Source: Dehalococcoidia bacterium
Lineage (GTDB): Bacteria > Chloroflexota > Dehalococcoidia > UBA2979
Direction: 5' to 3'
Assembly: GCA_041674525.1 (NCBI GenBank)
Contig: JBAYVN010000002.1
Location: 9,841-73,840, forward strand
Length of the DNA: 64,000 bases
Position numbers and translations under genes: made by a program. This document shows, piece by piece, positions 38,056 through 47,503 of this stretch. A model generated the notes under the pieces. It saw nothing but the letters and a program-made list of their open reading frames with translations. It had not been told where the DNA came from and made no database searches. Position 1 is the stretch's first letter; every line of letters begins with the position of its first letter.

Positions 38056-38598
38056 ATCCGCGTCATCGAGCCGCGCACGGCGATCGCCGAGACCAGCGCG
38101 CATACGCCCGCGTGGCGCAGCAATGTGTCGCTGGGCGTGCTCGCCGGGGTCACCGCCGGCGCTGCCGTCGCGTTCATGCTCCCCGCGGCGCGATGGCTGC
38201 CCCTGCTCGTGATCTTCGCCCTCGCCGCGGGGATCGACTGGCGGACGCGGCGCATCCCCAACTGGCTGACGGCGGGCGGCGGGGCGTTCGCCCTGCTCAC
38301 GGCCGGCGGCGCGCTCGGCGCATCGCTCCTCGGCGCCGCGGTGGCGCTCGGGGCGGGGGTGGTCTTCGTCGTGCTGGCCCGCGGCGCGTTCGGAATGGGC
38401 GACGTGAAGCTCCTGGCGGTGGCGGGGGCGGCGACGGGCGCGGCAGCGTTGCCCGGCGTGCTCCTGGTGATGTCTATCGCCGGCGGTGTCCTGGCGTTGT
38501 GGGCCATGGCGACCGGTCGAGGTCCGGGCCCGCGCACCATCGCTTACGGTCCGGCGATCGCCGTGGGCGCGGCCGCCGCGATCTGGCTCGAACGCTAG
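38056..38598 (+). CDS. cpaA: Prepilin peptidase (A24 family; CpaA/TadV)
   Basis: Multi-TM with catalytic Asp motifs (..GMGDVKLLAVAG..). GTG start. Confidence 0.8.
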   Translation: MRVIEPRTAIAETSAHTPAWRSNVSLGVLAGVTAGAAVAFMLPAARWLPLLVIFALAAGIDWRTRRIPNWLTAGGGAFALLTAGGALGASLLGAAVALGAGVVFVVLARGAFGMGDVKLLAVAGAATGAAALPGVLLVMSIAGGVLALWAMATGRGPGPRTIAYGPAIAVGAAAAIWLER

Positions 38599-38631
38599 GC
38601 AAGCAGTCGACGGAGGCCGGCCACGGGCAAC

Positions 38632-38961
38632 GTGATCGCGGTCATGAGCGGCGACTGGGTGGTCGCCGAGATCTCCGGGACACGGCAGTTCCGGCGCATG
38701 CTCCGCGCCGCGATGCGGCCGGAGGACCTCATCTTCGACGCGGACGACGGGCTGTGGAGGATCCGCGGCACCGCATGGGGCGCCGCCTGCGCGGTGTTCT
38801 GGAGCTTCCAGATGTCGGTCGAGATGTTCCAGGCGCCCGATCACGGGGGCGATGGCCATGCGACCGCCGCGCGCACGCTCCCCGATGACGCGATCCGGCG
38901 TGCGCGGCGCCTGTCCGCCGCGATCGCGCGGGATCGCCTGGATTTCCCGATCGAGCGCTGA
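38632..38961 (+). CDS. Hypothetical small protein at the 3' end of the Tad operon
   Basis: 109-aa ORF with no recognisable motif. Start is uncertain (GTG 38632 or ATG 38644). Confidence 0.35.
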   Translation: MIAVMSGDWVVAEISGTRQFRRMLRAAMRPEDLIFDADDGLWRIRGTAWGAACAVFWSFQMSVEMFQAPDHGGDGHATAARTLPDDAIRRARRLSAAIARDRLDFPIER

Positions 38962-38999
38962 ACACGCTCGCCAGTCTGCAAGCGCGGAGCGTGTCCGGG

Positions 39000-40925
39000 C
39001 TACGCCTCGCCAGGCGCCGCTGCGACTTCACTCGCGCCGAACCGCAGCGTGTGCGCCCCGATGCGCATGGCCTCGCCCGGGGCGAGGATCGTCCACTCGG
39101 CGGTGCCGTCCGAGCGCGACGCCGGATCGCTCGTGAGACGCTGCACCCGCAGGTTGCCGTCCGGCGCGATCGTGACGCGGGCATGACGTGGCGCGATCTG
39201 CGGCCCGGTGACGACGATGTCACACGACGGCTCGCTCCCCAGCACCAGCCCCTCACCCACCGGGTGGCTCTCCGGGTCGCCCTGTGGCCCCTCCACGGTG
39301 ATCGCGAGTGCGCTGCCGGGCGTCCAGAGATTCACGCGATCGCCGATCATCCGGACGCCGCGCGGCTGCAGCTCCCCGACCCCGGGCGTTGCGACTCGAG
39401 GCGGCCGCCGCCTCAGCGTCTGCCACCCGACCGTGGCGATCGCGGCGGCCACCAGCGCCGCAACGAGCGCGATGATCGCGAGCGGGTTCACCCCCGCCGA
39501 CACGCCGGCGCTCTCCGTGCGGATCACCGCGCCGCTCGCATCGAGCAGCGCCAGCGTCAGGCCGCCGGACGGGGGATCCTGCATGCGGAGCTCCGGCGCG
39601 CTTCCCCGCGCGAGCTCGCGCCCGTCGCCGGTCACCACGATCGTCGCGGCGCGGCCCTGTACACGGCCGCTCACCACGAGGGTCCTCGGCGGGCCGTTCT
39701 CAACGCGGGACGACAGCGTGGAATCGAGCTGCGGAACGTCGATCGACAGCGTCTCGGTCGCGGCGGTCCGGCCGTCGACCATCGCGGTGACGGTCACCAC
39801 GGTCACGCCCGGCGGGAACGCCCACGGGTCGATGCTGATGCTGCGATCACGCCCCCACGGCACGCTGGTGCCGCTCAGCGATGCGGTCAGCTGCAGCGTG
39901 TCCGGGCGCGCCGGGCCATCGAGCGTGATCACGATCGGACCATCAGGCCGGGCCGACGGGATCGCGCGCGGCTTCAGCAGGCCGTCGTTCGTGACATCGA
40001 ACGACAGCCCGGCAGTCTCGACGCCACCGGCGACGGAGACGCGCACGGAGACCTCGTGCGATCCGTTCGCGAGCACGGGGATCGAGGCGTCCACCAGGAA
40101 CAGCGTGTGCAGGCGATCACCGAGCGCCGTGAGCACGCCGCCCAGTGCCTGGACGTTCGCCACCGCCTGGTAGGTGCCGCCGGTCGCCATCGCCAGCTCG
40201 GAGAGATAGGCGGCGTCCGGATCGGCGCCCAGCCCGAACGCGAAGATCCGCGCGCCTGCCCTGCGCGCGGCATCGAGGCTTTGCGAGCGCGTGACCTTCG
40301 AGACCCCGCCCACCTCCTCGCCCTTGCGCAGCGGCGCATTCGAGAGCACCACCAGCACGTGCCGTCCCGGCGATGCCGGTCCGAGGGCGTTCGCACCGAG
40401 CGCCACGGCGTCGTAGAGTCCGGCATTGCCACCGGCCGCGATGTTCGTGATCCCCGTGCGGAGGCGCGTGCGATCGGTGGAGAGCGGCACGACGACCTTC
40501 GTGCTGTCCGCGAAGGTGATCAGCCCGACCTGGTCCGCGGGACCCAGGCGGTCGACCAGCGCGCGCGCGGCGTCCTTCGCCGCGATGAGTGGCGCGCCCC
40601 GCATGCTGTCGCTGGCGTCGACGGCGATCAGCACCGAGGCGGCGGGGGGCACCTGCCGGGAGACCGCGGGCGCCGGGACCTCACGACCGTCGATGGATAC
40701 CGCGAGCTGGGTGGCATCGATGGCGCTCCCCAGCGGACCGAAGAGCGAGATCAGCAGGTGGCCATCCACGCGGTAGGAGACCTCCGAGATCCCCAGCGCC
40801 CCGGGCGGGCGCTGCGCTCGTCCGGACTGCGGGACGAGCGCCCACGACACGGCGATGCTGACGAGTAGCGCGAAGAGCAACGACCGTCGCCCGCGAGGCA
40901 GGCTGATACGCCAGTGGAGCCACAT
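39000..40925 (-). CDS. Signal peptide - vWA domain - beta-rich extracellular region - TM - C-terminal FHA domain protein
   Basis: 641 aa. N-terminal signal (LLFALLVSIAVSWA). vWA MIDAS-like pattern (VLIAVDASDSM ... ITFADS ... VVLSNAP). TM near residue 470 (LAIIALVAALVAAAIATV). C-terminal FHA-like motifs (..GSEPSCDIVV..APRHARV..LTSD..GT..LAPGEAMRIGAHTLRFG). Confidence 0.7.
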   Translation of the reverse strand: MWLHWRISLPRGRRSLLFALLVSIAVSWALVPQSGRAQRPPGALGISEVSYRVDGHLLISLFGPLGSAIDATQLAVSIDGREVPAPAVSRQVPPAASVLIAVDASDSMRGAPLIAAKDAARALVDRLGPADQVGLITFADSTKVVVPLSTDRTRLRTGITNIAAGGNAGLYDAVALGANALGPASPGRHVLVVLSNAPLRKGEEVGGVSKVTRSQSLDAARRAGARIFAFGLGADPDAAYLSELAMATGGTYQAVANVQALGGVLTALGDRLHTLFLVDASIPVLANGSHEVSVRVSVAGGVETAGLSFDVTNDGLLKPRAIPSARPDGPIVITLDGPARPDTLQLTASLSGTSVPWGRDRSISIDPWAFPPGVTVVTVTAMVDGRTAATETLSIDVPQLDSTLSSRVENGPPRTLVVSGRVQGRAATIVVTGDGRELARGSAPELRMQDPPSGGLTLALLDASGAVIRTESAGVSAGVNPLAIIALVAALVAAAIATVGWQTLRRRPPRVATPGVGELQPRGVRMIGDRVNLWTPGSALAITVEGPQGDPESHPVGEGLVLGSEPSCDIVVTGPQIAPRHARVTIAPDGNLRVQRLTSDPASRSDGTAEWTILAPGEAMRIGAHTLRFGASEVAAAPGEA

Positions 40926-41072
40926 GTGCGGAGGTTACGCTGCCGGTCCGCGCGCTGTCACGCTAGCGCACGCACAGCGCGACGGGACAGGCGAGGTGGA
41001 CGTGAGATTTGGCGACACCGGGCCTTCCGTACTATCTGGTGCTGTCCACGAACGTTCTCGGAGGGGAGAGAC

Positions 41073-41555
41073 ATGACACTGGTTCGTTCGGGGCGCGGGT
41101 TGCGCTCCCTGATCCTCGGGCTGACGGCGATGGCGGCGACGGTTGCAGTCGCCTGCGGCGGAGATTCGACCACGAAGGCCGACATCCCGCCCGCACCGAC
41201 GGCGACCGTGGAGACCGCGCCGACGGGACCGAACGTGAGCGTGGCGAAGGTCGCCTCGATCGGTGACGTGCTCGTGGATCCGAAGGGGATGACGCTCTAT
41301 ATCTCGAGCGAGGACACCTCTGGCAAGAGCAACTGCACGGGCAACTGCGCGGCCAACTGGCTGCCGCTCAAGGCGTTCAACGGCGTCGCGGCCAAGGCGG
41401 ACGGCGTGCCCGGCGAGCTCGGTGTGATCACACGCGCCGATGGGGTGCAGCAGATCTCCTACAAGGGGATGCCGCTGTACCGGTACGCCGGTGACTCCGC
41501 CGCAGGCGAGGCGAAGGGCATCACTGTGATGAACTGGGCGGTGGCCGCTCCCTGA
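41073..41555 (+). CDS. Secreted lipoprotein with two copies of the 'secreted repeat of unknown function' (COG4315 / Lipoprotein_15-like)
   Basis: Lipobox (AVAC). Repeats ..VLVDPKGMTLYIS.. and ..GMPLYRYAGD.. with CxGxCAxxW. GGAGGGGAG RBS. Confidence 0.7.
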   Translation: MTLVRSGRGLRSLILGLTAMAATVAVACGGDSTTKADIPPAPTATVETAPTGPNVSVAKVASIGDVLVDPKGMTLYISSEDTSGKSNCTGNCAANWLPLKAFNGVAAKADGVPGELGVITRADGVQQISYKGMPLYRYAGDSAAGEAKGITVMNWAVAAP

Positions 41556-41648
41556 TCGAGGCCGTCCCGCTGGCACGATGCTGACCGGCGCGCCGGACGC
41601 AGCATCGGCGGCCGCGCGGGTGATCGTGATCACAGGGGTCGAAGAGAG

Positions 41649-41674
41649 GAAGGTCCGCCCCGGGGCGGACCTTC
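41649..41674. terminator. Palindromic hairpin gaaggtccgcccc/ggggcggaccttc
   Basis: Between the convergent lipoprotein (+) and AAA+ (-) genes. Confidence 0.6.
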
Positions 41675-41785
41675 CCGCTCCCCGCCCCCCAACTCCGCGC
41701 ACACCCCGCCCGACCTCGCCGCAGTCGCGTGGCGACGCGGGCGGTCCCGCACGCCCGATGGCCATCGATCCCGCGGCCGTCGTGC

Positions 41786-43192
41786 TCAGCTCATCGCCTC
41801 CCGCCAGGGCAGCACGTGATCCGGACGGGACGTCCGCGCGACGAAGTAGATGCTGGCGGCCTCGGCTAGGGCCTCCACGCTCAGGCGAGCCCGCTCGCCG
41901 CGGTAGGCCGCGCAGTCCAGCAGGATGCGGATGATGTCCGTGGGGTGGCACCCGCGGTATTCGCGCTCCGCCTCCTCGTACTCCCTGCGCATGAACGCCA
42001 CGGTCACGTCCGGGTCGTCGACAAGCCCCACCGCAGCCGAGGCGCGATGCATCAACTCAACGAACTCCTCGCGCGTGGGATCCGGGACGTGGATCTTGTA
42101 GCGGATCCGCCTCAGGAATGCCTCGTCTCCCAGCTCGGCGGGAGCGCGATTGGATGAGAAGACCACGAGCACGTCGAAGGGGACGCGGATGGTGCCTTCG
42201 GTCCGCATGCGGAGCTGATCCCACCCCGCCTCCAGCGGTGTGATCCAGCGGTTGAGCAGCTCGCTGGGTCGCACGCGCTGCCGTCCGAAGTCATCGACGA
42301 CGAGGATGCCTCCGTTGGCCTTCAGCGGAGGCGGCGCGTTGTAGCAGCGGTTCGCCTCATCCCACTGCAGCTCCAGGTCCTCCAGGACCAGCTCGCCCCC
42401 GAGCGTGACGATGGGCCGGCGGCACGCCACGTATCGACGATCGTAGGCGGGCAGATCCTCGGTGAGCGGCTCGTGCACGCGCGGATCGAAGATCGTGATC
42501 GTCTGGTGCCCCACCTCGACGGCGTACGGCACGAGCACGCGGCCCTCGAGCATGTCGCGCATGGCGCGGGTGATGCTGGTCTTGCCGTTCCCGGGCGCGC
42601 CCGAGAACAGGATCGAGTGGCTCGAGTTCACAGCGACGCCAATCGTGTCGATCAGCGGGCTGGACAGCACGAGTCCGGAGAGCGCCCGCGCCACTGCCGG
42701 GCGCGGCACGCGCATGGCGTGCACCGACTGCCGCTCCAGCAGCGCCGCGTACTGCGCCCACGATACGGGTGCCGGCCCCACGTAGCCGTTGCGCTCCGCA
42801 GCGGTGACCGCCTGGTCGCGCCCACTGGCGGTGAGCAGGTAGTTGAACCACTGCTCACCCTGCGACGCGCTGCCGGAGATCTGCACCAGCCGCTCATGCT
42901 TCAGCGGGGCCATCACCTCGTCGATCACGCGGGGGGACAGGCACAGCACGTCCGCGATCTCGCGCGGTGTCGCGCTCCCGCTTGCGAGGATGTACTTGAG
43001 CACGAGTCCGCGCAGGGTGTCCTCGGCGAGGCCGGTCTCGTCCACGGTGCGTGGCTCGGTGGGCAGCGAGTCCGGCCACCCGCCAGCGTCGAGGCGCCCA
43101 CCGGCGTTGAGGTGCCCACCGGCTTCGATGTGATCGCCGCCCGGGAACAGGCGGTCCGCGGCCGGCTCGGCGAGACGCGTGCGTTGAAGCAT
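41786..43192 (-). CDS. Winged-HTH (MarR-like) N-domain + AAA+ ATPase; uncharacterised family
   Basis: About 468 aa from MLQRTRL with an AGGAAG RBS. wHTH pattern (LRGLVLKYILASGSATPREIADVLCLSPRVIDEVMAPLKHERLV..YLLTASGRD). Walker A (GAPGNGKTS), Walker B (ILVVDDFG), sensor-1 (VVFSSN), Arg (FLRRIRY). Confidence 0.65.
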   Translation of the reverse strand: MLQRTRLAEPAADRLFPGGDHIEAGGHLNAGGRLDAGGWPDSLPTEPRTVDETGLAEDTLRGLVLKYILASGSATPREIADVLCLSPRVIDEVMAPLKHERLVQISGSASQGEQWFNYLLTASGRDQAVTAAERNGYVGPAPVSWAQYAALLERQSVHAMRVPRPAVARALSGLVLSSPLIDTIGVAVNSSHSILFSGAPGNGKTSITRAMRDMLEGRVLVPYAVEVGHQTITIFDPRVHEPLTEDLPAYDRRYVACRRPIVTLGGELVLEDLELQWDEANRCYNAPPPLKANGGILVVDDFGRQRVRPSELLNRWITPLEAGWDQLRMRTEGTIRVPFDVLVVFSSNRAPAELGDEAFLRRIRYKIHVPDPTREEFVELMHRASAAVGLVDDPDVTVAFMRREYEEAEREYRGCHPTDIIRILLDCAAYRGERARLSVEALAEAASIYFVARTSRPDHVLPWREAMS

Positions 43193-43324
43193 CGGTACTT
43201 CCTGATTCTCCTCAGCGCGTCCGCGCACCACGAGCGCGACGCGCATCACGCGCATCCGCGCGCCGCTCAAGCCGGCGAGGCGACGGCATGGGGTTCACTC
43301 GGCTCCCGCATCGTGCGGCGTGCA

Positions 43325-43735
43325 TCACGGCGTGCACGGCGCGGGCGACACGGGCAGCGGCTGCGTCTCGTACGCGGGCCGGTCCCCCGCGACCAGGAAC
43401 ACGTCTACCCAGGTCAACAGCCCGCTCGCGCTCGTCGCGGTGACCGAGGCGGACCCGTGCCGGGTCCCCTTTACCGCGAAGGAATCGAACAGCACCTGCG
43501 CGCCGGGCTGCGGGTCGTACCCGGTGACGTACCCGCCGGTGGCGCGCACGTTGTCCCAGGCAACATCGATGCGGAACGCCCCGCCGCCGGCGTCGCACGC
43601 GCTCACGGTGACGGCCGCCTGCGGCTGGCCGGCCTCGACCGGCCGCGGGATCGCGGTGATCGTGGCTGCTGCGATCAGCCCGGCCGCCGAGGCGAGCGCC
43701 AGCGGCTTCACGAGGCCCGTTCGCTTCCAGTACAT
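43325..43735 (-). CDS. Small secreted hypothetical protein
   Basis: Starts at MYWKRTGLVKPLALASAAGLIAAATITA (signal peptide) with a GGTGAGGGGAG RBS. About 136 aa; no known motif recognised. Confidence 0.5.
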   Translation of the reverse strand: MYWKRTGLVKPLALASAAGLIAAATITAIPRPVEAGQPQAAVTVSACDAGGGAFRIDVAWDNVRATGGYVTGYDPQPGAQVLFDSFAVKGTRHGSASVTATSASGLLTWVDVFLVAGDRPAYETQPLPVSPAPCTP

Positions 43736-43904
43736 CGGGATGCTCCCCTCACCCCCGCGCCACGACTGGCGCCCTCGCCAACGCAGAACGGGGGGCTTCA
43801 CACGCCGCCCGTTCGTATAAATGCTGTACGCGTCTGTATGTGACGCGTCGCATTTCATATGAGGCGGAACACAGCGTGCGTCGCCGGAGCGCGAGCAGTC
43901 CCTG

Positions 43905-44165
43905 CTACGCGCCTGCCTCCCCGCGGAGGGTCTCGAACGCGGCGGCGGCGGGCCGGGTGTCCGGTCCGCTGACGGTCGCGCGAAGAGATGGCAGCGCGGA
44001 CGACACGGGCGGCGTGGGCCGTCGAGTCTCCATCACCGGGACCTCATTGCGGTTGAAGATGCGGGTCATGACGAGCCACGCCGTGTCAAAGTCCACGTCG
44101 CGCTCCACGTTGACGCCCTCGCCCTTGATCTGGATGACAAACCGCTCACTGTCGACGTTTGGCAT
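43905..44165 (-). CDS. Small hypothetical protein
   Basis: MPNVDSERFVIQIKGEGVNVERDVDF... with a GGGAGG RBS. 86 aa; no motif recognised. Confidence 0.45.
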   Translation of the reverse strand: MPNVDSERFVIQIKGEGVNVERDVDFDTAWLVMTRIFNRNEVPVMETRRPTPPVSSALPSLRATVSGPDTRPAAAAFETLRGEAGA

Positions 44166-44440
44166 GATGCCTCCCAGCACAATTCACCTCCCACAGGGAG
44201 GGCCCTACCTGGAATGACTGCCCGAGGGCGGTAGTTCTTACAGGCGCACCCACCCCGGGCGCGCCAGGCGCACGAGTAGCGAGCCGGGCCACCCGCGCGC
44301 GAGCGGATTCGCGAGGTGGCAGCCCGGGCGGGCGAACGGAACCCGGCCTGGCACGTTTGTAGCGATACCGACCGTGTCCGGGGCCGCACGTTCAGCGTTC
44401 GCCCCCCGGACGAGCTGGGCCTCGCCCCGGAGCACACCGC

Positions 44441-44698
44441 ATGCTCGATACCCTCAGGACCGCGCGCACGGAACGGCGAGCCGCCGAGGCGGAGCGCGAC
44501 ACGGTGCTCCCGGAGATGCCCCCGGAGGTGGAGATGCCCCCGGACGCCATGGACGCCATGCGCCGGGCCGGGGAGGCGCTCGACGGCCCACCGGAGAGCC
44601 GCTGCCTCGTCTGCGAGCGCTTCATCGCTGCGTTGCTCGCCGAGCGCGACCGGCTCAGGCGGTTCGACGCCCCCGTCACGGGGCAACCCGTTCGCTGA
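44441..44698 (+). CDS. Possible small hypothetical protein (Cys-x2-Cys containing)
   Basis: 85-aa ORF with no clear RBS. Kept at low confidence. Confidence 0.25.
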   Translation: MLDTLRTARTERRAAEAERDTVLPEMPPEVEMPPDAMDAMRRAGEALDGPPESRCLVCERFIAALLAERDRLRRFDAPVTGQPVR

Positions 44699-44879
44699 GT
44701 TCCGCTGCCTGGTCTTCGCTCGCTGGCCCTGAGCATCCTCGGGAGCCCGGTCGCGGTCTCCGCGCGCGTCACCGCGTCCCTGCCCGGCGCGCCCCCTCCT
44801 CGCGCGCCACTTGCGGTCGACGCCGGACGCGCGCACCGTGGCCGGAGCGTGCGGAGCCGTTGCTCCGTGAGGGGGCAGC

Positions 44880-46172
44880 GTGCGCCGGTTCTTTCCGAAT
44901 GTGTACGAGGGCTGGCTGATCGTCGCGGCTTCCGCCTTCTACATCACGCTCACCTCGGGCGCGATCAACTACGGCTTCGGCACGATCTTCCTGCCCCTCC
45001 GCGAGGAGTTCGCGTGGAGCGTGGCGGCCACGGCCTTCGCGTTCTCCATCCGGCAGGAGGCGAGCGGCGTCGCCGCGCCGTTCATCGGCATGATCAACGA
45101 CCGCTGGGGCCCGCAGCGCACGGTCGCCCTGGGTGTGCTGATCGTCTCCAGCGCGGTGTTCGGCCTGTCGCTGATCCAGAACATCTGGGAGTTCTACGGC
45201 GTGATGCTGATGATCTCCGTCGGTGCGAGCAGCGTGGGCGGGCCTGTCGGCATGGCGGCCGTGACCACGTGGTTCGAGCGGCGTCGAGCGTGCGCGCTGG
45301 CGCTGATGACGATCGGCGGCGGCCTCGCGGGCGTCATGGTCGTGCCGATCGCCGCGCTGGTGGAGGGCATGGGCTGGCGCGGCGCGCTGCGCGTGGAAGC
45401 CCTGGTGCTCCTGGTCGCCGGCCTCGTGCCGGCCACCACCACGCGCTTCCGCCCGCCCGATCACCACCAGCCCATGGACGGCATCCGCGCGTCCGCGGAC
45501 GGCGCACCGGCGAAGCCGACCGTGCGCTGGGGGATCCCGGCCCGCCAGGCCGTGCGCACTCCCTCGTTCGTCATGCTCACCGTGGGGCTCGCGGGACTGT
45601 CGTTCGGGACCGCGACGGTGACCGTGCTGCAGATCCCGTTCCTCGAGTCGGTCGGGTTCCCCACCACGGTCGCGGCATCCACGGTCACGTTCTATGCGCT
45701 GTCATCCGTCGCCGGGCGGATCGGCTTCGGCTTCCTTGCCGATCGCTTCAACCCGCGACTCATCCTCGCCACCTGCGTCGGGATGACGGCGATCGGGCTC
45801 GCGCTATTGCCGCTGGTGCGCACGCCATGGGAGGCGGTGGCCGTGCTCGCGCTGCTCGGCCCGGGCTTCGGCGGCTCGGTCCCTGTGCGCACCGCGATGA
45901 TCGCGGACAACTACGGCACCATGCACTTCGGGACGATCAACGGCATCGCGACCTTCGTGCGCACCATCGGCTCCGCGCTGGGCCCGCTGACCGTCGGCTA
46001 CGCCATCGACCGGTCGGGGGCGTACACCATCGGCTGGCTGCTGGCCGCCGGCGTGGTCGGAGCGGGACTCATCGGCGTGCTCCTGGAGCGCCCGCCCGAG
46101 GCGCTGCGGTCGGAGTGGCGCGCCCGCGCGGAGGAGACCGCGGGCCCGGCGACGGCAGCGCACCGCGCCTGA
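44880..46172 (+). CDS. MFS transporter (oxalate/formate-antiporter-like architecture)
   Basis: 12-TM pattern. N-terminal GWLIVAAS motif is shared with the two MFS paralogs at 58817 and 62988. GTG start. Confidence 0.8.
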   Translation: MRRFFPNVYEGWLIVAASAFYITLTSGAINYGFGTIFLPLREEFAWSVAATAFAFSIRQEASGVAAPFIGMINDRWGPQRTVALGVLIVSSAVFGLSLIQNIWEFYGVMLMISVGASSVGGPVGMAAVTTWFERRRACALALMTIGGGLAGVMVVPIAALVEGMGWRGALRVEALVLLVAGLVPATTTRFRPPDHHQPMDGIRASADGAPAKPTVRWGIPARQAVRTPSFVMLTVGLAGLSFGTATVTVLQIPFLESVGFPTTVAASTVTFYALSSVAGRIGFGFLADRFNPRLILATCVGMTAIGLALLPLVRTPWEAVAVLALLGPGFGGSVPVRTAMIADNYGTMHFGTINGIATFVRTIGSALGPLTVGYAIDRSGAYTIGWLLAAGVVGAGLIGVLLERPPEALRSEWRARAEETAGPATAAHRA

Positions 46173-46185
46173 GCCGGGGCAGGGC

Positions 46186-47463
46186 TCAGGCGGCGCCCCC
46201 CGCGCGGGCGCGGGCGAGCAGCACCTCACGCTCGCGCGCGTTGCCGGTCATGGATGCGGCCCGTTCGAACTCGGCACGCGCGTCCTCGAAGCGGCCGAGC
46301 TTCGCCAGCAGGTCCCCGCGGACGCCCGGCAGCAGGTGGTACGACCGCAGCGACCGCTCCCCCGCGAGGGCATCCACGGCCTCGAGGCCGGCGGCCGGCC
46401 CGAACGCCATCCCCACGGCGACGGCGCGGTTGAGCGCCACCACCGGCGAGGGCGCCACCGCCGCCAGCGCGTCATACAGCGCGACGATGCGCTCCCAGTC
46501 GGTGTCCTCCGGGGTGCGCGCCCGGGCGTGGCAGGCCGCGAGCGCCGCCTGCAGCGCGTACGGCCCGTGCGCCCCGCCCAGCGCCTCGGCGCGGGCGAGC
46601 GCGGCCAGCCCGCGGCCGATGAGCAGGTGATCCCAGCGCGCCCGGTTTTGGTCGAGCAGCAGGATCGGCTCCCCGGACGGCCCCGTGCGTGCGCGGATGC
46701 GCGACGCCTGGATCTCCATCAGCGCCACGAGGCCGTGGACCTCGGGCTCGCCCGGCATCAGCTCCGCGAGGATGCGGCCCAGGCGCAGCGCGTCCTCGCA
46801 CAGCGCGGGACGCATCCAGTCGTCTCCCGACGTGGCGGCGTACCCCTCGTTGAAGACGAGGTAGATCACCTCCAGCACCGAGGCCAGGCGCGCCCCCAGC
46901 TCGCCGCGATCCGGCACCTCGTACGGCACGCCCGCCTCCGCCAGCGTCCGCTTCGCGCGCACCATGCGCTGGGCGACGGTGGGCTCCGGCACGAGGAACG
47001 CGCGGGCGATCTCCGCCGTCGTCAGCCCGCCCAGCAGGCGCAGCGTGAGCGCGACCCTCGCCTCGGGGCGCAGCACGGGGTGGCAGGCGGTGAAGATCAG
47101 CCGCAGCAGGTCGTCGCCCACGTCGTGCTCGCCCACGTGGTTCTCGATCGCCTCGATGTCCGCGGCCGTGAGGTCCTGGCGCTCGGCGAACGCCCGCCCC
47201 AGCGCATCGCGGCGCTGCTCCAGGCGCACGTTCCGGCGGACGAGGTCGATCGCGCGGTGCTTCGCCGTGGCCATGAGCCAGGCCCCCGGGTTGCGCGGGA
47301 TGCCCGACCCCGGCCACTGCTCCAGCGCGGCGACCAGCGCGTCCTGCGCCAGGTCCTCGGCGAGCCCGACGTCGCGGACGATGCGCGCGATCCCCGCGAT
47401 CAGGCGCGCGGACTCCATGCGCCAGACCGCGTCGATCGCGCGGTGCGTATCCTCGGCCGTCAT
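46186..47463 (-). CDS. ECF-type RNA polymerase sigma factor with C-terminal TPR-like extension (COG4941 type)
   Basis: Sigma70 region 2 (..DLAQDALVAALEQW..) and region 4 (LTTAEIARAFLVPEPTVAQRMVRAKRTL), then a long helical C-terminal domain. Confidence 0.75.
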   Translation of the reverse strand: MTAEDTHRAIDAVWRMESARLIAGIARIVRDVGLAEDLAQDALVAALEQWPGSGIPRNPGAWLMATAKHRAIDLVRRNVRLEQRRDALGRAFAERQDLTAADIEAIENHVGEHDVGDDLLRLIFTACHPVLRPEARVALTLRLLGGLTTAEIARAFLVPEPTVAQRMVRAKRTLAEAGVPYEVPDRGELGARLASVLEVIYLVFNEGYAATSGDDWMRPALCEDALRLGRILAELMPGEPEVHGLVALMEIQASRIRARTGPSGEPILLLDQNRARWDHLLIGRGLAALARAEALGGAHGPYALQAALAACHARARTPEDTDWERIVALYDALAAVAPSPVVALNRAVAVGMAFGPAAGLEAVDALAGERSLRSYHLLPGVRGDLLAKLGRFEDARAEFERAASMTGNAREREVLLARARAGGAA

Positions 47464-47503
47464 CCGCCTCGGTCCACCCCTGCCCGCGCCGCGGGCCCGC
47501 GCA

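Noticed and set aside
36840-38859. 566- and 454-aa minus-strand ORFs over tadC/DUF192/cpaA
   Set aside because: Arg-rich antisense shadows of Tad genes.
38991-40868. 625-aa plus-strand ORF
   Set aside because: Antisense shadow of the vWA-FHA gene.
44066-44836. 256-aa minus-strand Arg/Gly-rich ORF
   Set aside because: Low-complexity composition. It overlaps better-supported small ORFs and intergenic sequence.
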